From Patescibacteria group bacterium (GTDB lineage: Bacteria; Patescibacteriota; Minisyncoccia; Phycocordibacterales; Phycocordibacteraceae): a DNA stretch of 47,579 bases. The DNA lies in NCBI GenBank assembly GCA_018969385.1, contig JAGWYL010000004.1, positions 1 to 47,579 on the forward strand. The letters are read 5' to 3'. The position numbers and the translations under genes are program-made. The notes below the pieces were generated by a model. That model ran no database searches. It saw nothing but the letters and a program-made list of their open reading frames with translations, and had not been told where the DNA came from. How positions within the stretch are numbered: position 1 is the first letter of the stretch; the number at the start of each line of letters is the position of its first letter. Shown here piece by piece: positions 27,294-37,027 of the stretch.

Positions 27294-28259
27294 CTAAGGA
27301 ATCAACGCGGTAAGCGAGTCCCCTTTGTGTGTGCGCATGACGGCGTCGGCCAGAAGATCCGCGACGGTGAGGACGGTGAGCTTCGAGGACGCCGTAAGCT
27401 CCTCCGGAGAGTGCGCGACGCTGTCGGTGACGACGACGCGGCTGATGCCGCTTGTCTCGAACTTCTGGAGCGCGTTCTTCGAGAAGAGGCCGTGCGTGGC
27501 GAACGCCCAGACGTCGGCGGCGCCTTCGCGCAGCGCCGCTTCCGCATCCGCTATCATGGTGCCGCCCGTGTCTATCATGTCGTCCACGAGGACCACGACC
27601 TTTCCCTTCACGTCTCCGACAATCTTTATGGAATCCTTCTTCACTTCGCCCGGCGCGCTCCGGCTCTTCGAGAAGAAGACGAAATCGCGCTGACCGAGGA
27701 GCTGCGCATACTTTTCCGTGCGCGGGCCTCCGCCCTTGTCCGGCGAGGCGACGACGAAATCCGCGCCGCGAAGTTCACCCAAGAGGAACGGCACCGCGAC
27801 GGCGGAGCCGTAGAGATGGTCGAAGACGCCGTCTTCGATGCAGGCCAGGGTCTGCTCGGCGTGCACGTCGAGCATGAGGAATCGGTCCGGCTGCGCTATC
27901 TCGAGCATCTTGAAAGCGAGCTGCGCGCCGATGGGTTTCCTCGGCGCATCTTTCCGGTCCGAACGTCCGTAGCCCATGTAGGGAATCACGTACGTCACGC
28001 GTCCGGCGGAAGACACGCGCGCCGCTTCCGCGAGGTGTATGGCCTCCATGAGATTGTCGGCGGGCGCGTACGTAGGCGCGATGATGAAAACGTCGTGGTC
28101 GCGGACATTCTCGAGTATCTGTACGTCCACTTCCCCGTCGTTGAATCTTCCGACATGCGCTTTCCCGAGCTCGATGCCGAGCTTCGCGCATATCTTCTCC
28201 GCAAGCGGCTTCCCTTCCGTGGTGGTGAATACCTGCAGCACCGTATCTCCGTTTGACAT
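27294..28259 (-). CDS. prs: Ribose-phosphate pyrophosphokinase
   Basis: FNDGE, PYMGYGRSDRK, DVHA, SPDKGG, VDDMIDTGGT, ATHG. Confidence 0.96.
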   Translation of the reverse strand: MSNGDTVLQVFTTTEGKPLAEKICAKLGIELGKAHVGRFNDGEVDVQILENVRDHDVFIIAPTYAPADNLMEAIHLAEAARVSSAGRVTYVIPYMGYGRSDRKDAPRKPIGAQLAFKMLEIAQPDRFLMLDVHAEQTLACIEDGVFDHLYGSAVAVPFLLGELRGADFVVASPDKGGGPRTEKYAQLLGQRDFVFFSKSRSAPGEVKKDSIKIVGDVKGKVVVLVDDMIDTGGTMIADAEAALREGAADVWAFATHGLFSKNALQKFETSGISRVVVTDSVAHSPEELTASSKLTVLTVADLLADAVMRTHKGDSLTALIP

Positions 28260-28328
28260 GGACGTTCGTTTCGTATGAGAAATCGGGTAAGTGCCCCTAT
28301 CCTACCACGGTGGAGAGGCCGTATGCGG

Positions 28329-28360
28329 AACGCGCCCCACGATGAATCGTGGGGCGCGTT
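28329..28360. terminator. 15-bp hairpin upstream of the prs promoter
   Basis: AACGCGCCCCACGAT-GA-ATCGTGGGGCGCGTT. Confidence 0.55.
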
Positions 28361-28486
28361 TAGGAGAACGGAGGGGCTCGCTGTCGCGAGCCCGCTTGAG
28401 GCGGCTTACTACCAAGCGAGCCGAGTCACGAAGGCATGTCTGCATGCATTCGTGCGAGGCGAGCGCCGGGAGCAAGCCCGGAGGGC

Positions 28487-28558
28487 TTATGCAGCCGCCT
28501 CGCCTTCCGTCGTCGTGCCTTCCGTCGGCTCAGCCGGGGTCGTCGTCTCGTCGATCAT
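28487..28558 (-). CDS. Candidate 23-aa acidic micropeptide MIDETTTPAEPTEGTTTEGEAAA
   Basis: Translated by hand; host-like codons (ACG, GAG, GGC); downstream of TTGATT-N17-TAAGCT. Confidence 0.45.
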   Translation of the reverse strand: MIDETTTPAEPTEGTTTEGEAAA

Positions 28559-28647
28559 GTTGAATCGGAGAGTCAGTCTTCTTTCGTACCAAGTACAAAA
28601 GAAGACCCTCCAGGATTAGCGGGCAAAGGTGTTTCGACCTTGGGACC

Positions 28648-28676
28648 AGCTTAGCGCGGATAGAGCAAGAAATCAA
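28648..28676 (-). promoter_or_regulatory. sigma70-type promoter
   Basis: Minus strand TTGATT (28676-71), 17-nt spacer, TAAGCT (28653-48). Confidence 0.55.
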
Positions 28677-28691
28677 GGGTTCGGGAGGAAG

Positions 28692-28739
28692 CCTGTGCAT
28701 GAAAATAGCGCGTATCTACGCGCTATTTTCATGCACAGG
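28692..28739. repeat. 48-bp palindrome (23-2-23)
   Basis: CCTGTGCATGAAAATAGCGCGTA-TC-TACGCGCTATTTTCATGCACAGG, 8 nt past the fba stop. Confidence 0.92.
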
Positions 28740-28747
28740 TTTGAGTT

Positions 28748-29767
28748 CTACGCTTTCGCCTCCGCCTCCTTCGTGTAGCGCCCGAGCGCTGCGAGCCTAT
28801 TCATCTTCGCGCGGTGCAGGAACGCGGCCTGCGCCGCCGGAACGTTTTCCGGCATTCCACGCCAAGCCTCGAGCGCGCCCTTCTGGAGCGCGCGGCCGTA
28901 TGAGAAAGAAAGCTTCCACGGCAGCGGACCCCGCGCATGCATGGCCGCAAGGTTCTCCGTGGCCTCAAGCTCGCTCTGTCCGCCGGAAAGGAACATCTGT
29001 CCCGGAAGTCCGGGCGGCAGCACCTTCGTAAAGACGCGGAGCGTCGCCTCCGCGACCTCTTCGGGCGTCTTCGTTTCGCCGCTTTCCTTGCCCGGCACCA
29101 TCATGTTCGTCTTCAGTATCATCCCTTCGATGAGGACATCCGCGGCTCGAAGCGCCGCGAACACGTGCGTGAGATTGCGCTCGGAGACCGCCTCGCACTC
29201 CGCCTGGCCGTTACTCCAGTCCATGAGCACTTCCGGCTCGACGATCGGCACGATGCCGTTTTCCTGACAGATTTTCGCGTACGCGGCGAGCCGCCGCGCG
29301 TTCTCCGTGAGGTTCGCGTCCGTCGGTATGCCCTCCCCGATGGTGATGACCGCGCGCCACTTCGCGAACTTCGCGCCGAGCTCCGCGTATTCCGGCATGC
29401 GAGAGGAAAGGCTTTCGAGTCCCTTCGTGACTTTCTCTTCAGGCGAGCCGTCCATCGGCTCCGTGCCCTCGTCCACCTTGATGCCGGGAAGAACGTCCGC
29501 GGACTCAAGGAGCGAAACGAACGAGGCGCCCGTGGACGCGGTGTCGCGGAACGTCTCGTCGTACATGATGACGCCGGAAATCCCCTCCGCGATGTCCGGC
29601 GCCGTGAAGAGGAGCTCTCGGTACGCGCGCCGATTCTCGTGCGTATTCTCCACGCCCACCGCTTCGAAGCGCTTGCCGATAGTGCCGTTGCTCTCGTCGG
29701 CGGCAAGGAGTCCCTTGCCGTTTGCGACCATCCGGTTCGCCGTCGCTTTCAATTGTTCGTCATGCAT
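28748..29767 (-). CDS. fba: Fructose-bisphosphate aldolase class I
   Basis: KGLLAADES, GIKVD, FAKWR, PIVEPEV, ILKTNM Schiff-base Lys, FLSGGQ, SFSYGRALQ. Confidence 0.96.
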   Translation of the reverse strand: MHDEQLKATANRMVANGKGLLAADESNGTIGKRFEAVGVENTHENRRAYRELLFTAPDIAEGISGVIMYDETFRDTASTGASFVSLLESADVLPGIKVDEGTEPMDGSPEEKVTKGLESLSSRMPEYAELGAKFAKWRAVITIGEGIPTDANLTENARRLAAYAKICQENGIVPIVEPEVLMDWSNGQAECEAVSERNLTHVFAALRAADVLIEGMILKTNMMVPGKESGETKTPEEVAEATLRVFTKVLPPGLPGQMFLSGGQSELEATENLAAMHARGPLPWKLSFSYGRALQKGALEAWRGMPENVPAAQAAFLHRAKMNRLAALGRYTKEAEAKA

Positions 29768-29792
29768 GTGTCTCTATATTTAGTACTGAAAA

Positions 29793-30599
29793 TCACCCGC
29801 TCGCGCGCGGCGAAACCTTGTCCATTATCTCGATAAGCTGGTCGTGAATGAGGCCGTTACTGGCCAGAAAGCCTTCCATGTCCCTATCGTACCGTTCCGG
29901 AGTGCCGCCGAAGATGTCCGTCGCCTTGCCGCCCGCTTCCTCGACGAGGAGCGTGCCCGCGGTTATGTCATGCGCCGCGGTGCCGCCGAAGAACGCGGCG
30001 CTAAGCTCGCCTGCGGCGACGAGCGCCGCCATGAAGTGTATCGAGGTGCCGGCGAACACGTGCGCGCCGTATTCGTACAGTTCCTCCATCACGGGAAAGA
30101 ATTTCCGCACCGCGCGCATCTTGCCCATGCCTATCATCGTGTGCTTCAGGGTCGGATTCTCCGATACGCGCATCGGGTGGCCGTTGAGGCGAGCGCCCTT
30201 CCCTTTTTCCGCCGAGAACATGCGGTCCATGAACGGGTCGTAGACCACGCTTATGACCGGCTGGCCGTTACGGGTGAGCGCGAGCGCGAAGGTCGCCGTC
30301 GGTATGCCGTGAGAGAAATTATGCGTCCCGTCCACCGGGTCGCATATCCAGACGTATTCGCTCTCGCGGGAGAAGTGCTCGTTGTCCTCATCCTCTTCGG
30401 AGAGGATGCTGTGGCCGGGATACGCGTCCGCGAGCGCCTTAACGACGAACTCGTTGATGACCAGGTCCGTTTCCGTCACGGGCGTATTGTCCGACTTCCA
30501 CTCCTTCTTCATGTTGGCCGTGAAATTCTTCCTCATGACGACGCCCGCCCGTTTCGCCATGTCCTCGGCAAAATCAAGATATCCGGAATCCGCTTGCAT
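29793..30599 (-). CDS. Inositol monophosphatase family protein
   Basis: PVTETD, SEE, WICDPVDGTHNF, HDITAG.LLVEEAGG. Confidence 0.92.
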   Translation of the reverse strand: MQADSGYLDFAEDMAKRAGVVMRKNFTANMKKEWKSDNTPVTETDLVINEFVVKALADAYPGHSILSEEDEDNEHFSRESEYVWICDPVDGTHNFSHGIPTATFALALTRNGQPVISVVYDPFMDRMFSAEKGKGARLNGHPMRVSENPTLKHTMIGMGKMRAVRKFFPVMEELYEYGAHVFAGTSIHFMAALVAAGELSAAFFGGTAAHDITAGTLLVEEAGGKATDIFGGTPERYDRDMEGFLASNGLIHDQLIEIMDKVSPRASG

Positions 30600-30657
30600 G
30601 GTGCCCTCCAGTATACCAGGCCGTGCGGTGCCGCCACTCGTGAGAATATTTCCAAAT

Positions 30658-30735
30658 CCTCGCCGACAGAACGGAAAAAGAGGGCGCTCGGGCCGCTAGG
30701 CCGATTCTACCCTCTTTTTCCGTTCTGTCGGTTCG
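30658..30735. repeat. Long stem-loop element C
   Basis: 22-bp perfect arms CCGACAGAACGGAAAAAGAGGG (30663-84)/(30710-31) between divergent genes. Confidence 0.8.
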
Positions 30736-30813
30736 TATTTCCGGTTTTGGCATGTGTTCTAGTACAATACGCAAGGGTATCCGCATCCATTGACCACATC
30801 ACCACTTCAAGGC

Positions 30814-31824
30814 ATGAATCACTCTGACCGCAACGCGCACGCGAACAACGCCTTTACGGGCCCGGACGCCGTCCGCGATTTCTTGAATCCGGGCGCGAGC
30901 CTCCCCACGCCGCTCATCGAGCTTCCGGAGTCCGTGAACCCGTACGCCAAGGACAAGGTCCGCATCTATGCGAAGGCGTCATTCATGGGCCCGCTTTTCA
31001 ATATCAAGCAGCTCGGGGCGCTTAATCTCCTCCAGGATGCGCAAGCGTCCGGAAAGCTGAGGGGCGTCCACACGCTCGTGGAGAATTCTTCGGGCAACAT
31101 GATACTCGGCATCGCGGTCCTCGCCCGCTTCTTCGGCGTGAAGCGCGTCGTCGGCGTGGTCTCGCGCGACATCGCGCCGGGCAAGCTCGAGGTGCTGCGC
31201 CTCTTCGGCGTCGAACCGGAGTTCAATAACGAGACGCCGGGCGAACAAAGCGGCATCGCGCAGGCGAGGGAGCTCGGCAAGCAGCCCGGGTGGCTCAACC
31301 TCGCCCAGTACGAGAACGACGCGAACCCGCAGGCATCGGAAAAGTGGCTCGGCCCCGACATCTGGGAGCAGACCGGGGGCGCGCTCACCGTATTTTGCGC
31401 GGGCATCGGCACGAGCGGCACGCTCGTCGGCTCGGCGCGCTTCCTGAAGACACAAGCGCCGTCCATCGCCGTCGTCGGCGTCATCCCGCTGGTGGATACC
31501 GTTCCCGGCGTGCGTTCGCCGAAGCGTCTCAAGGAGGTGGAGATAGACTGGGCGTCGAAGCTCGACTACCGCGTGGATATGGAGACGAAGCGCTCGTTCA
31601 AGCTGAGCCTCGACCTCTGCCGTCTCGGCGTCCTCGCGGGACCGAGTTCCGGCATGGCGTTCGCGGGACTGCTCAAGTTCATCGAGGAGCGGAAGGCGGA
31701 GGGCGCACTCGACCGGTTCCGAAACAAGGACGGCGAGGTCGTGGCGACCTTCGTCTGCCCGGATTCGGCGCTCCTGTATCTCGAAAAATACTCGACGCAC
31801 CTGGACGCGGCGGACCTCGCCTAG
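30814..31824 (+). CDS. PLP-dependent cysteine synthase family protein
   Basis: TPLIEL, NIK (PLP Lys), ENSSGN, QYEN..NP, GIGTSGT, GPSSG, CPD..YL. Confidence 0.88.
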   Translation: MNHSDRNAHANNAFTGPDAVRDFLNPGASLPTPLIELPESVNPYAKDKVRIYAKASFMGPLFNIKQLGALNLLQDAQASGKLRGVHTLVENSSGNMILGIAVLARFFGVKRVVGVVSRDIAPGKLEVLRLFGVEPEFNNETPGEQSGIAQARELGKQPGWLNLAQYENDANPQASEKWLGPDIWEQTGGALTVFCAGIGTSGTLVGSARFLKTQAPSIAVVGVIPLVDTVPGVRSPKRLKEVEIDWASKLDYRVDMETKRSFKLSLDLCRLGVLAGPSSGMAFAGLLKFIEERKAEGALDRFRNKDGEVVATFVCPDSALLYLEKYSTHLDAADLA

Positions 31825-31830
31825 AAGACG

Positions 31831-34800
31831 TTACGCCGCGCGCGAGGCGCGCTCCCGGTCGCGCACCTGGGCGCGATAGAAGAGCGTGGGCACGAGCACG
31901 AGCGTGAGCACGATAGCGAACGTGAGTCCGAACATGATGGCGTCCGCCAAGGGTCCCCACATGGCGTTCGTGAGCGAGAGCGGAATCATGCCGATGACCG
32001 TGGCGACCGTGGTGAGGAAGATGGGGCGCAGGCGCGTCGCCGCGGCGTCCACGACCACGTCGAGCGGCGCGCGTTCCGGTTCCGCGCGAAGCCGATGGAT
32101 CATCGAATCCATGAGGATGATGGCGTGGTTGATGATGACGCCGCCGAGCGCGATGACGCCAAGAAGCGAAGAGAACGAGACCGGCTGGCCCGTGAGCGCG
32201 AGCCCGTCGAGGACGCCGATGAGCGAGAGCGGCACGATGACGAGCAGGTACCAGGTGTAGCGGAACGAGTTGAACGCGATGATGAGTATCATGAACATGA
32301 GCAGGAGGCCGGCGATGAGCGCCACGAACATGTCCGTGAAGGACTGGTTGATGTTCTGCGCTTCGCCGCCGTAGGAGACGGCGACGCTCGCGGGAAGATG
32401 CAGCTCCCCGATGCGCTTCTCGAATGCGGCGATGACGGCGGTCGTGGTTGTGTCGCTGTCCGGGTAGGCGGACACGGTCTCGATGCGCTTCTTATCCTTG
32501 TGCGAGATGCTCGCGTTGCTTTGTCCGAGCGAATCCGCGAGGATGGAGCCGAGGAGCACGGGGCCGTTCGCGCCGGGGACGGTGAGATTCTTGATGCTGT
32601 CGATGGTCGTCTTCGTGGTATCGGAAGGCGTCGCATACGCGGCGTTCAGGTTGAGCCGCACGACGACATCGATATTCTGCCCGGGCTCGGTGATGGTGGT
32701 CGCTTTCATGCCGTTCACGGAAGCGCGGAGCATCTGCGCGACCTCGGCGGTCGAGACGCCGTACGCCGCCGCCTTCGCGCGATCGATGGCGAGGTCGAAC
32801 TCCGTACCGTTGTTCTGCGTGCTCGACGTGATGTTCGTCACGTGCGGGATGGTGGAAAGAAGCTGCTTGCCGCTGTCCGCGGCCTGGATGAGCGCGGAGA
32901 GGTCGTCGCCTTCGAATTGGATCTGGATGGGCGAGCCGGACGGCGGCCCGTCCGATGCCTGAAGCACCTGGATGCTCGCGTCCGTCACCGCACTAAGCCG
33001 CTTCTCGAGGTCAGAGACGACCGCGGTACTCGTCTTGCGGTGCCCCGTCGGCAGGTTGACCGTGATGTTCGCCGTGTTTCCGGACGTTGAGCCCCCGCCC
33101 TGCGGACCGCCGCCGGTAAGCGCGGAACTCTGCCCCACCGTCGTCTGGAACGAAGAGATGTCCGGGTCCGCGTACAGGATTTCCTCCACTTCGCGCACGG
33201 CGAGGTCGGTCTTCGCGAGCGTCGTTCCCTCCGGCGTCTCGAGGTTCACGAACACGTAGTCCTGGTCGCTCTGCGGGAAGAACACCGACTGCACGAGCCC
33301 GGACATGGGCAGGAGGAGCGAGAGGACGAAGAGCGCGCCGAGCGAGCGCAGGAAGATGCGTTGGAAACGGCGGCTTTCGAGGATGATGCGCAGCGTCCGC
33401 TTGTACCAGAGCGTCACGCGGTCCGTCGTGCGTTCCTGGAACGCTTCGAGGCGGTTCTGATGCTTCTTCGTGAGCACGATGGCGATGAGCGGCACCACGC
33501 CGAGCGCGACGAATATGGACGCGAGGAGCACGAAGATGAGCGTGTACGGGATGCCGGCGATGAATTTCCCGACGATGCCGGATATGAAGAAGAGCGGCGC
33601 GAACACGGCGACGGTCGCCATGGTTCCCGCGATGAGGGGCCAGGCGTAATCATGGAGCGCCGCGCGCGCGGCGTCGAGCGGGTCCTCGTATATCTTCATG
33701 CGCGCATGGATGGCTTCGGTGACGACGATGCCGGAGTCGACGAGGATGCCGACGGCGAGGATGAGCGCGAACAGGCTGATGAAGTTGAGCGTATTCCCGG
33801 AGAGATAGAGCGCGAGGAAGGCGACGAGGAAGGAGATGGGTATGGAAAGCGCGGCGACGAGCGATTCGCGCCAGCCGATGGTAAGCAGGAGCACCGCGAT
33901 GACGAGCAAGACGGTGACGACTCCGGTGCTCGCAAGGTCGCCGAGCTGCTTGCCGACCTGCGCCCCCGCGTCGGTCGAAGGCGGGATGAAGACGTCGAGA
34001 CCCGCGAGGTCCGTCTTCTTGAGGTTCTCGAGTTCGGCGCGCACCGCGTCCGCCGTCCCCTGTATGCTCGCGCCGGACTGCTTGTAGACGGTGAGCGTGA
34101 TGGCTTCGCTGCTCGGCTTGCCGCCAAGCGAGAGCCTCGAATACGTGGTCGCGGGCGCGAGTCCGTCCGCGATGAGCGCGACATCGCGGAGGTAGATGGG
34201 CGCGCCGTTCACCTGCCCCACCGCGACGCTCTCTATCTGCGAGGAATCCGTGAGCCCGCCCTTGAAATTGACGTCGTAATTCACGCCGTTCATCTCGATG
34301 CTGCCGGCGGGAAGCGCGGAATTGCTCGCGGCTATGGCGGCTATGACTCCCGAAAGCGAGAGGCCGTACTGCGCGAGCTTTTCCTTGGAGACCACGACGT
34401 CCACTTCCCGCGCGGGAACGCCCGCGACATCGACGGACGAGACGCCCGTGATGCGCTTCAGGTCGTCTGACACCGTCTTGCCGAGCGCGGAGAACTGCGT
34501 CGGCGGCAAGCTGCCGGAGATGGAGGCGACCAGGATGGGCTGGTCGCTGAAATTTATCTTGAGCACCTGCGGCGCGGACGCGTCCGCGGGAAGGTCGGGA
34601 ACCGCCCTCGCGACCGCGTCGCGCAGGTCCTGTATGGACTGCGTGATATCCGCGCTCGCGACGAACTGCACGGTGACCTCGGAGACGCCGTCGCCGGACA
34701 TGGACGTCATCGTGTCGATGTTGCTGATGCCGGAAATCTGGTCTTCAAGCTTGTCCGTGACGAGCGTCTCCATGTCCGCCGAGGACGCGCCCGGCAGCGT

Positions 34801-34950
34801 CACGACGACGAAGCCGTCCGGAATCACGATGGCGGGATAATTCTCTTTCGGGATGCGCAGGAGCGCGAAAGAGCCCGCCACGAGAAGCGTGCCGATGAGC
34901 ACGTAGCTGAACTGACGCTTATTGAGGAAGAAGTTCCAGAGCCACAGCAT
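31831..34950 (-). CDS. RND efflux permease (AcrB/AcrD/AcrF family)
   Basis: LPGAS, GILVDSGIVVTE, TRLRPIFLTT, two TM bundles with large extracytoplasmic loops. Confidence 0.95.
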   Translation of the reverse strand: MLWLWNFFLNKRQFSYVLIGTLLVAGSFALLRIPKENYPAIVIPDGFVVVTLPGASSADMETLVTDKLEDQISGISNIDTMTSMSGDGVSEVTVQFVASADITQSIQDLRDAVARAVPDLPADASAPQVLKINFSDQPILVASISGSLPPTQFSALGKTVSDDLKRITGVSSVDVAGVPAREVDVVVSKEKLAQYGLSLSGVIAAIAASNSALPAGSIEMNGVNYDVNFKGGLTDSSQIESVAVGQVNGAPIYLRDVALIADGLAPATTYSRLSLGGKPSSEAITLTVYKQSGASIQGTADAVRAELENLKKTDLAGLDVFIPPSTDAGAQVGKQLGDLASTGVVTVLLVIAVLLLTIGWRESLVAALSIPISFLVAFLALYLSGNTLNFISLFALILAVGILVDSGIVVTEAIHARMKIYEDPLDAARAALHDYAWPLIAGTMATVAVFAPLFFISGIVGKFIAGIPYTLIFVLLASIFVALGVVPLIAIVLTKKHQNRLEAFQERTTDRVTLWYKRTLRIILESRRFQRIFLRSLGALFVLSLLLPMSGLVQSVFFPQSDQDYVFVNLETPEGTTLAKTDLAVREVEEILYADPDISSFQTTVGQSSALTGGGPQGGGSTSGNTANITVNLPTGHRKTSTAVVSDLEKRLSAVTDASIQVLQASDGPPSGSPIQIQFEGDDLSALIQAADSGKQLLSTIPHVTNITSSTQNNGTEFDLAIDRAKAAAYGVSTAEVAQMLRASVNGMKATTITEPGQNIDVVVRLNLNAAYATPSDTTKTTIDSIKNLTVPGANGPVLLGSILADSLGQSNASISHKDKKRIETVSAYPDSDTTTTAVIAAFEKRIGELHLPASVAVSYGGEAQNINQSFTDMFVALIAGLLLMFMILIIAFNSFRYTWYLLVIVPLSLIGVLDGLALTGQPVSFSSLLGVIALGGVIINHAIILMDSMIHRLRAEPERAPLDVVVDAAATRLRPIFLTTVATVIGMIPLSLTNAMWGPLADAIMFGLTFAIVLTLVLVPTLFYRAQVRDRERASRAA

Positions 34951-34959
34951 GCGCGTTTC

Positions 34960-36579
34960 CTATTGCCCGGGGTCGACGATGACGGCTTGTCCTTCGGAGA
35001 GGCCGCGCGCGTCCGTCACTATCTCAAGCGAAGGGGAAAGGCCGCTCGGGACGGCAACGCGGTCGCCGAGTATCGCGCCGAGCGTTATCGGGACGGCGGC
35101 GAGCGTCGAGCTCGCCGTGACGGTGAAGACGGCGGCGCCGTTCGGTTCCAGTTTCGCGGCATTGATGGGAATCGTGATTACGTCCGTTCCCGCGGCGCTT
35201 TTCGCAGACGTGCTTGCCGTGCGGTCAAGGGATGCCGATACCACTTCCCCGTCCGTGAGCGCGCCTGCTTCGCCCGTAACGCCGACCTTGACCTCTATCT
35301 TTCCGGTCGAGGGGTCGAGCGCGGGCGCGACGAACGTGATGACGCCCGGAACGGAGCCGGCGAGCGTCGCGGCATTCCCCACCGAAAGCGTCCGCGCATC
35401 ATCCGGCGTCACTTGCACGTCCGCATAGAGCGCGCCCGGATTCGACACGACGGCGACCTCGGTGTACGCGGAAACGTAGCCGCCCTGGGTGATGGGCAGC
35501 GAGACGATGGTGCCGGAAATCGGGCTTCTGACGATGGTCTTCTCCAGGTTCGCCTTCGCGGCATTCAAGGCGCCCTCGGCCGCCGTCACGTTCGCCTCGG
35601 CCGCCTTTATGTCGTTTTCGGTGCCGCCGGAAGCTGAATTGGCGGCCGTCGTCGCGCCCGCAACCGCCGCGTCGTACGCGTTCTTCGCGGCGCTCACGCT
35701 CGTGATGGCGGCTATGGCTTCCGCGCGCGCCGCGGCGAGCGAGGTCTGGTCTGCAGCGAGCGTCGCGGCAGTGGCGCTTGCGCCTGGCGGAGTCTCGGAA
35801 ACCGCCTTGATGAGGTCGTCGAGGAACGCCGCGACATCCTTCGCATGCGCGACCATGGCCGTGCTGTTCGCATCGATATCCGCATCGGAGGTATCGTTCG
35901 CGAGCTTGTTCGCGTCGGCGAGTCCGGACTCGAGCGTGGTGCGCTCATTCTGGAGCTTCGTGACGAGTATGCTGTCGGGAACCGTGAGGGAAAGCACGGG
36001 AGAGGCCGAGCGCGGATTGCTGAAGAGCAGGTCCGCGCGCGTATGTATCGCGTCGTCGAGCGCCGCATACGCGCTTGAGAGCGCGGCGAAGGCGCCGGTC
36101 TTCGCGTTCGCCGCGCTTACCGCGGCCTGGCCGGAGGTCACCGAAGAATTCGCGGCGGTCGTGTCGTTCAGTTTCGCGAGCGCGGCAAGCGAAGCGTCAT
36201 AGGCGCCCTGCGCCTGTTCGACCGCGGCCTGCTGGCTGCTGTTCTCGAAAGCGGCGATGACCGTGCCTGCGGCGACGCGGTCGCCGAGCGCATGCGCGAG
36301 CGTCACTATCTCGCCCGACGTCTCCGCGAGTATGGCCGCGCGGCTTACGGACGTTATCTTGCCCGTCACCGGCAGCGGACCCGCTGCGGCTGAAAGGCTC
36401 GCCACGGACGCCACGCGCACGTGCGAAGTGCCGGAGACGCTTGCGGTGTCGACGGCCGCGGGAGCGAGGAGGTGCACGCCGACGGCGACCGCCACGACTA
36501 CTACCGCCGCTCCGCCTATCGAATACCGCCGCGGCAGCGCGAGCACGACACGAACGAGTTTCTTGAAGATGGACGTCAT
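34960..36579 (-). CDS. RND membrane-fusion (adaptor) protein with extended coiled coil
   Basis: ETSGEI..LGDRV lipoyl half, long Ala-rich helical hairpin, IVRSPISG, GL..GQ.V end. Confidence 0.9.
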   Translation of the reverse strand: MTSIFKKLVRVVLALPRRYSIGGAAVVVVAVAVGVHLLAPAAVDTASVSGTSHVRVASVASLSAAAGPLPVTGKITSVSRAAILAETSGEIVTLAHALGDRVAAGTVIAAFENSSQQAAVEQAQGAYDASLAALAKLNDTTAANSSVTSGQAAVSAANAKTGAFAALSSAYAALDDAIHTRADLLFSNPRSASPVLSLTVPDSILVTKLQNERTTLESGLADANKLANDTSDADIDANSTAMVAHAKDVAAFLDDLIKAVSETPPGASATAATLAADQTSLAAARAEAIAAITSVSAAKNAYDAAVAGATTAANSASGGTENDIKAAEANVTAAEGALNAAKANLEKTIVRSPISGTIVSLPITQGGYVSAYTEVAVVSNPGALYADVQVTPDDARTLSVGNAATLAGSVPGVITFVAPALDPSTGKIEVKVGVTGEAGALTDGEVVSASLDRTASTSAKSAAGTDVITIPINAAKLEPNGAAVFTVTASSTLAAVPITLGAILGDRVAVPSGLSPSLEIVTDARGLSEGQAVIVDPGQ

Positions 36580-36592
36580 GAGAGGTGAATCA

Positions 36593-37027
36593 TTATTTTC
36601 CGCAACCGCGCGCCAGCTTCCTATGCAGGGTGATATACTGCGCGAACTCCTTATCCGAAAGCGCCGAAAAGAGCTTCCGCATGTTCGCGAGCGCCGCCTT
36701 GCGTACGGTAGACAAAGCCTTCTGCGTTTTCGATGAAAGCGAGACGCGCATCGTGCGCGCATCGTGCTCATCGGGCGCCTTCTTCGCGTGCCCGCTCTTC
36801 ACGAGCTCGTTCACCGACTGCGTGGCCGCGCTCCTCGAGATGCGCAGCGCGTCCGCAATCCCGCTCACCGGAATCGGCCCCTTGCGCGCGATGACGCCGA
36901 GCACGAGCCACTGGGACCACGTGAGCGGCAGTTTCCCTTCGAGAGGACGGTGCCTGGATGCGAGACAGGACTTCATGGCATGGAAGCCTTCGAGCATCTC
37001 CTCGAGCGCCTGCGTCCGGTCCGCCAT
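36593..37027 (-). CDS. MarR family transcriptional regulator
   Basis: LTWSQ, IADALRISRSAATQ.V..LV..G, D..DAR. Confidence 0.9.
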   Translation of the reverse strand: MADRTQALEEMLEGFHAMKSCLASRHRPLEGKLPLTWSQWLVLGVIARKGPIPVSGIADALRISRSAATQSVNELVKSGHAKKAPDEHDARTMRVSLSSKTQKALSTVRKAALANMRKLFSALSDKEFAQYITLHRKLARGCGK

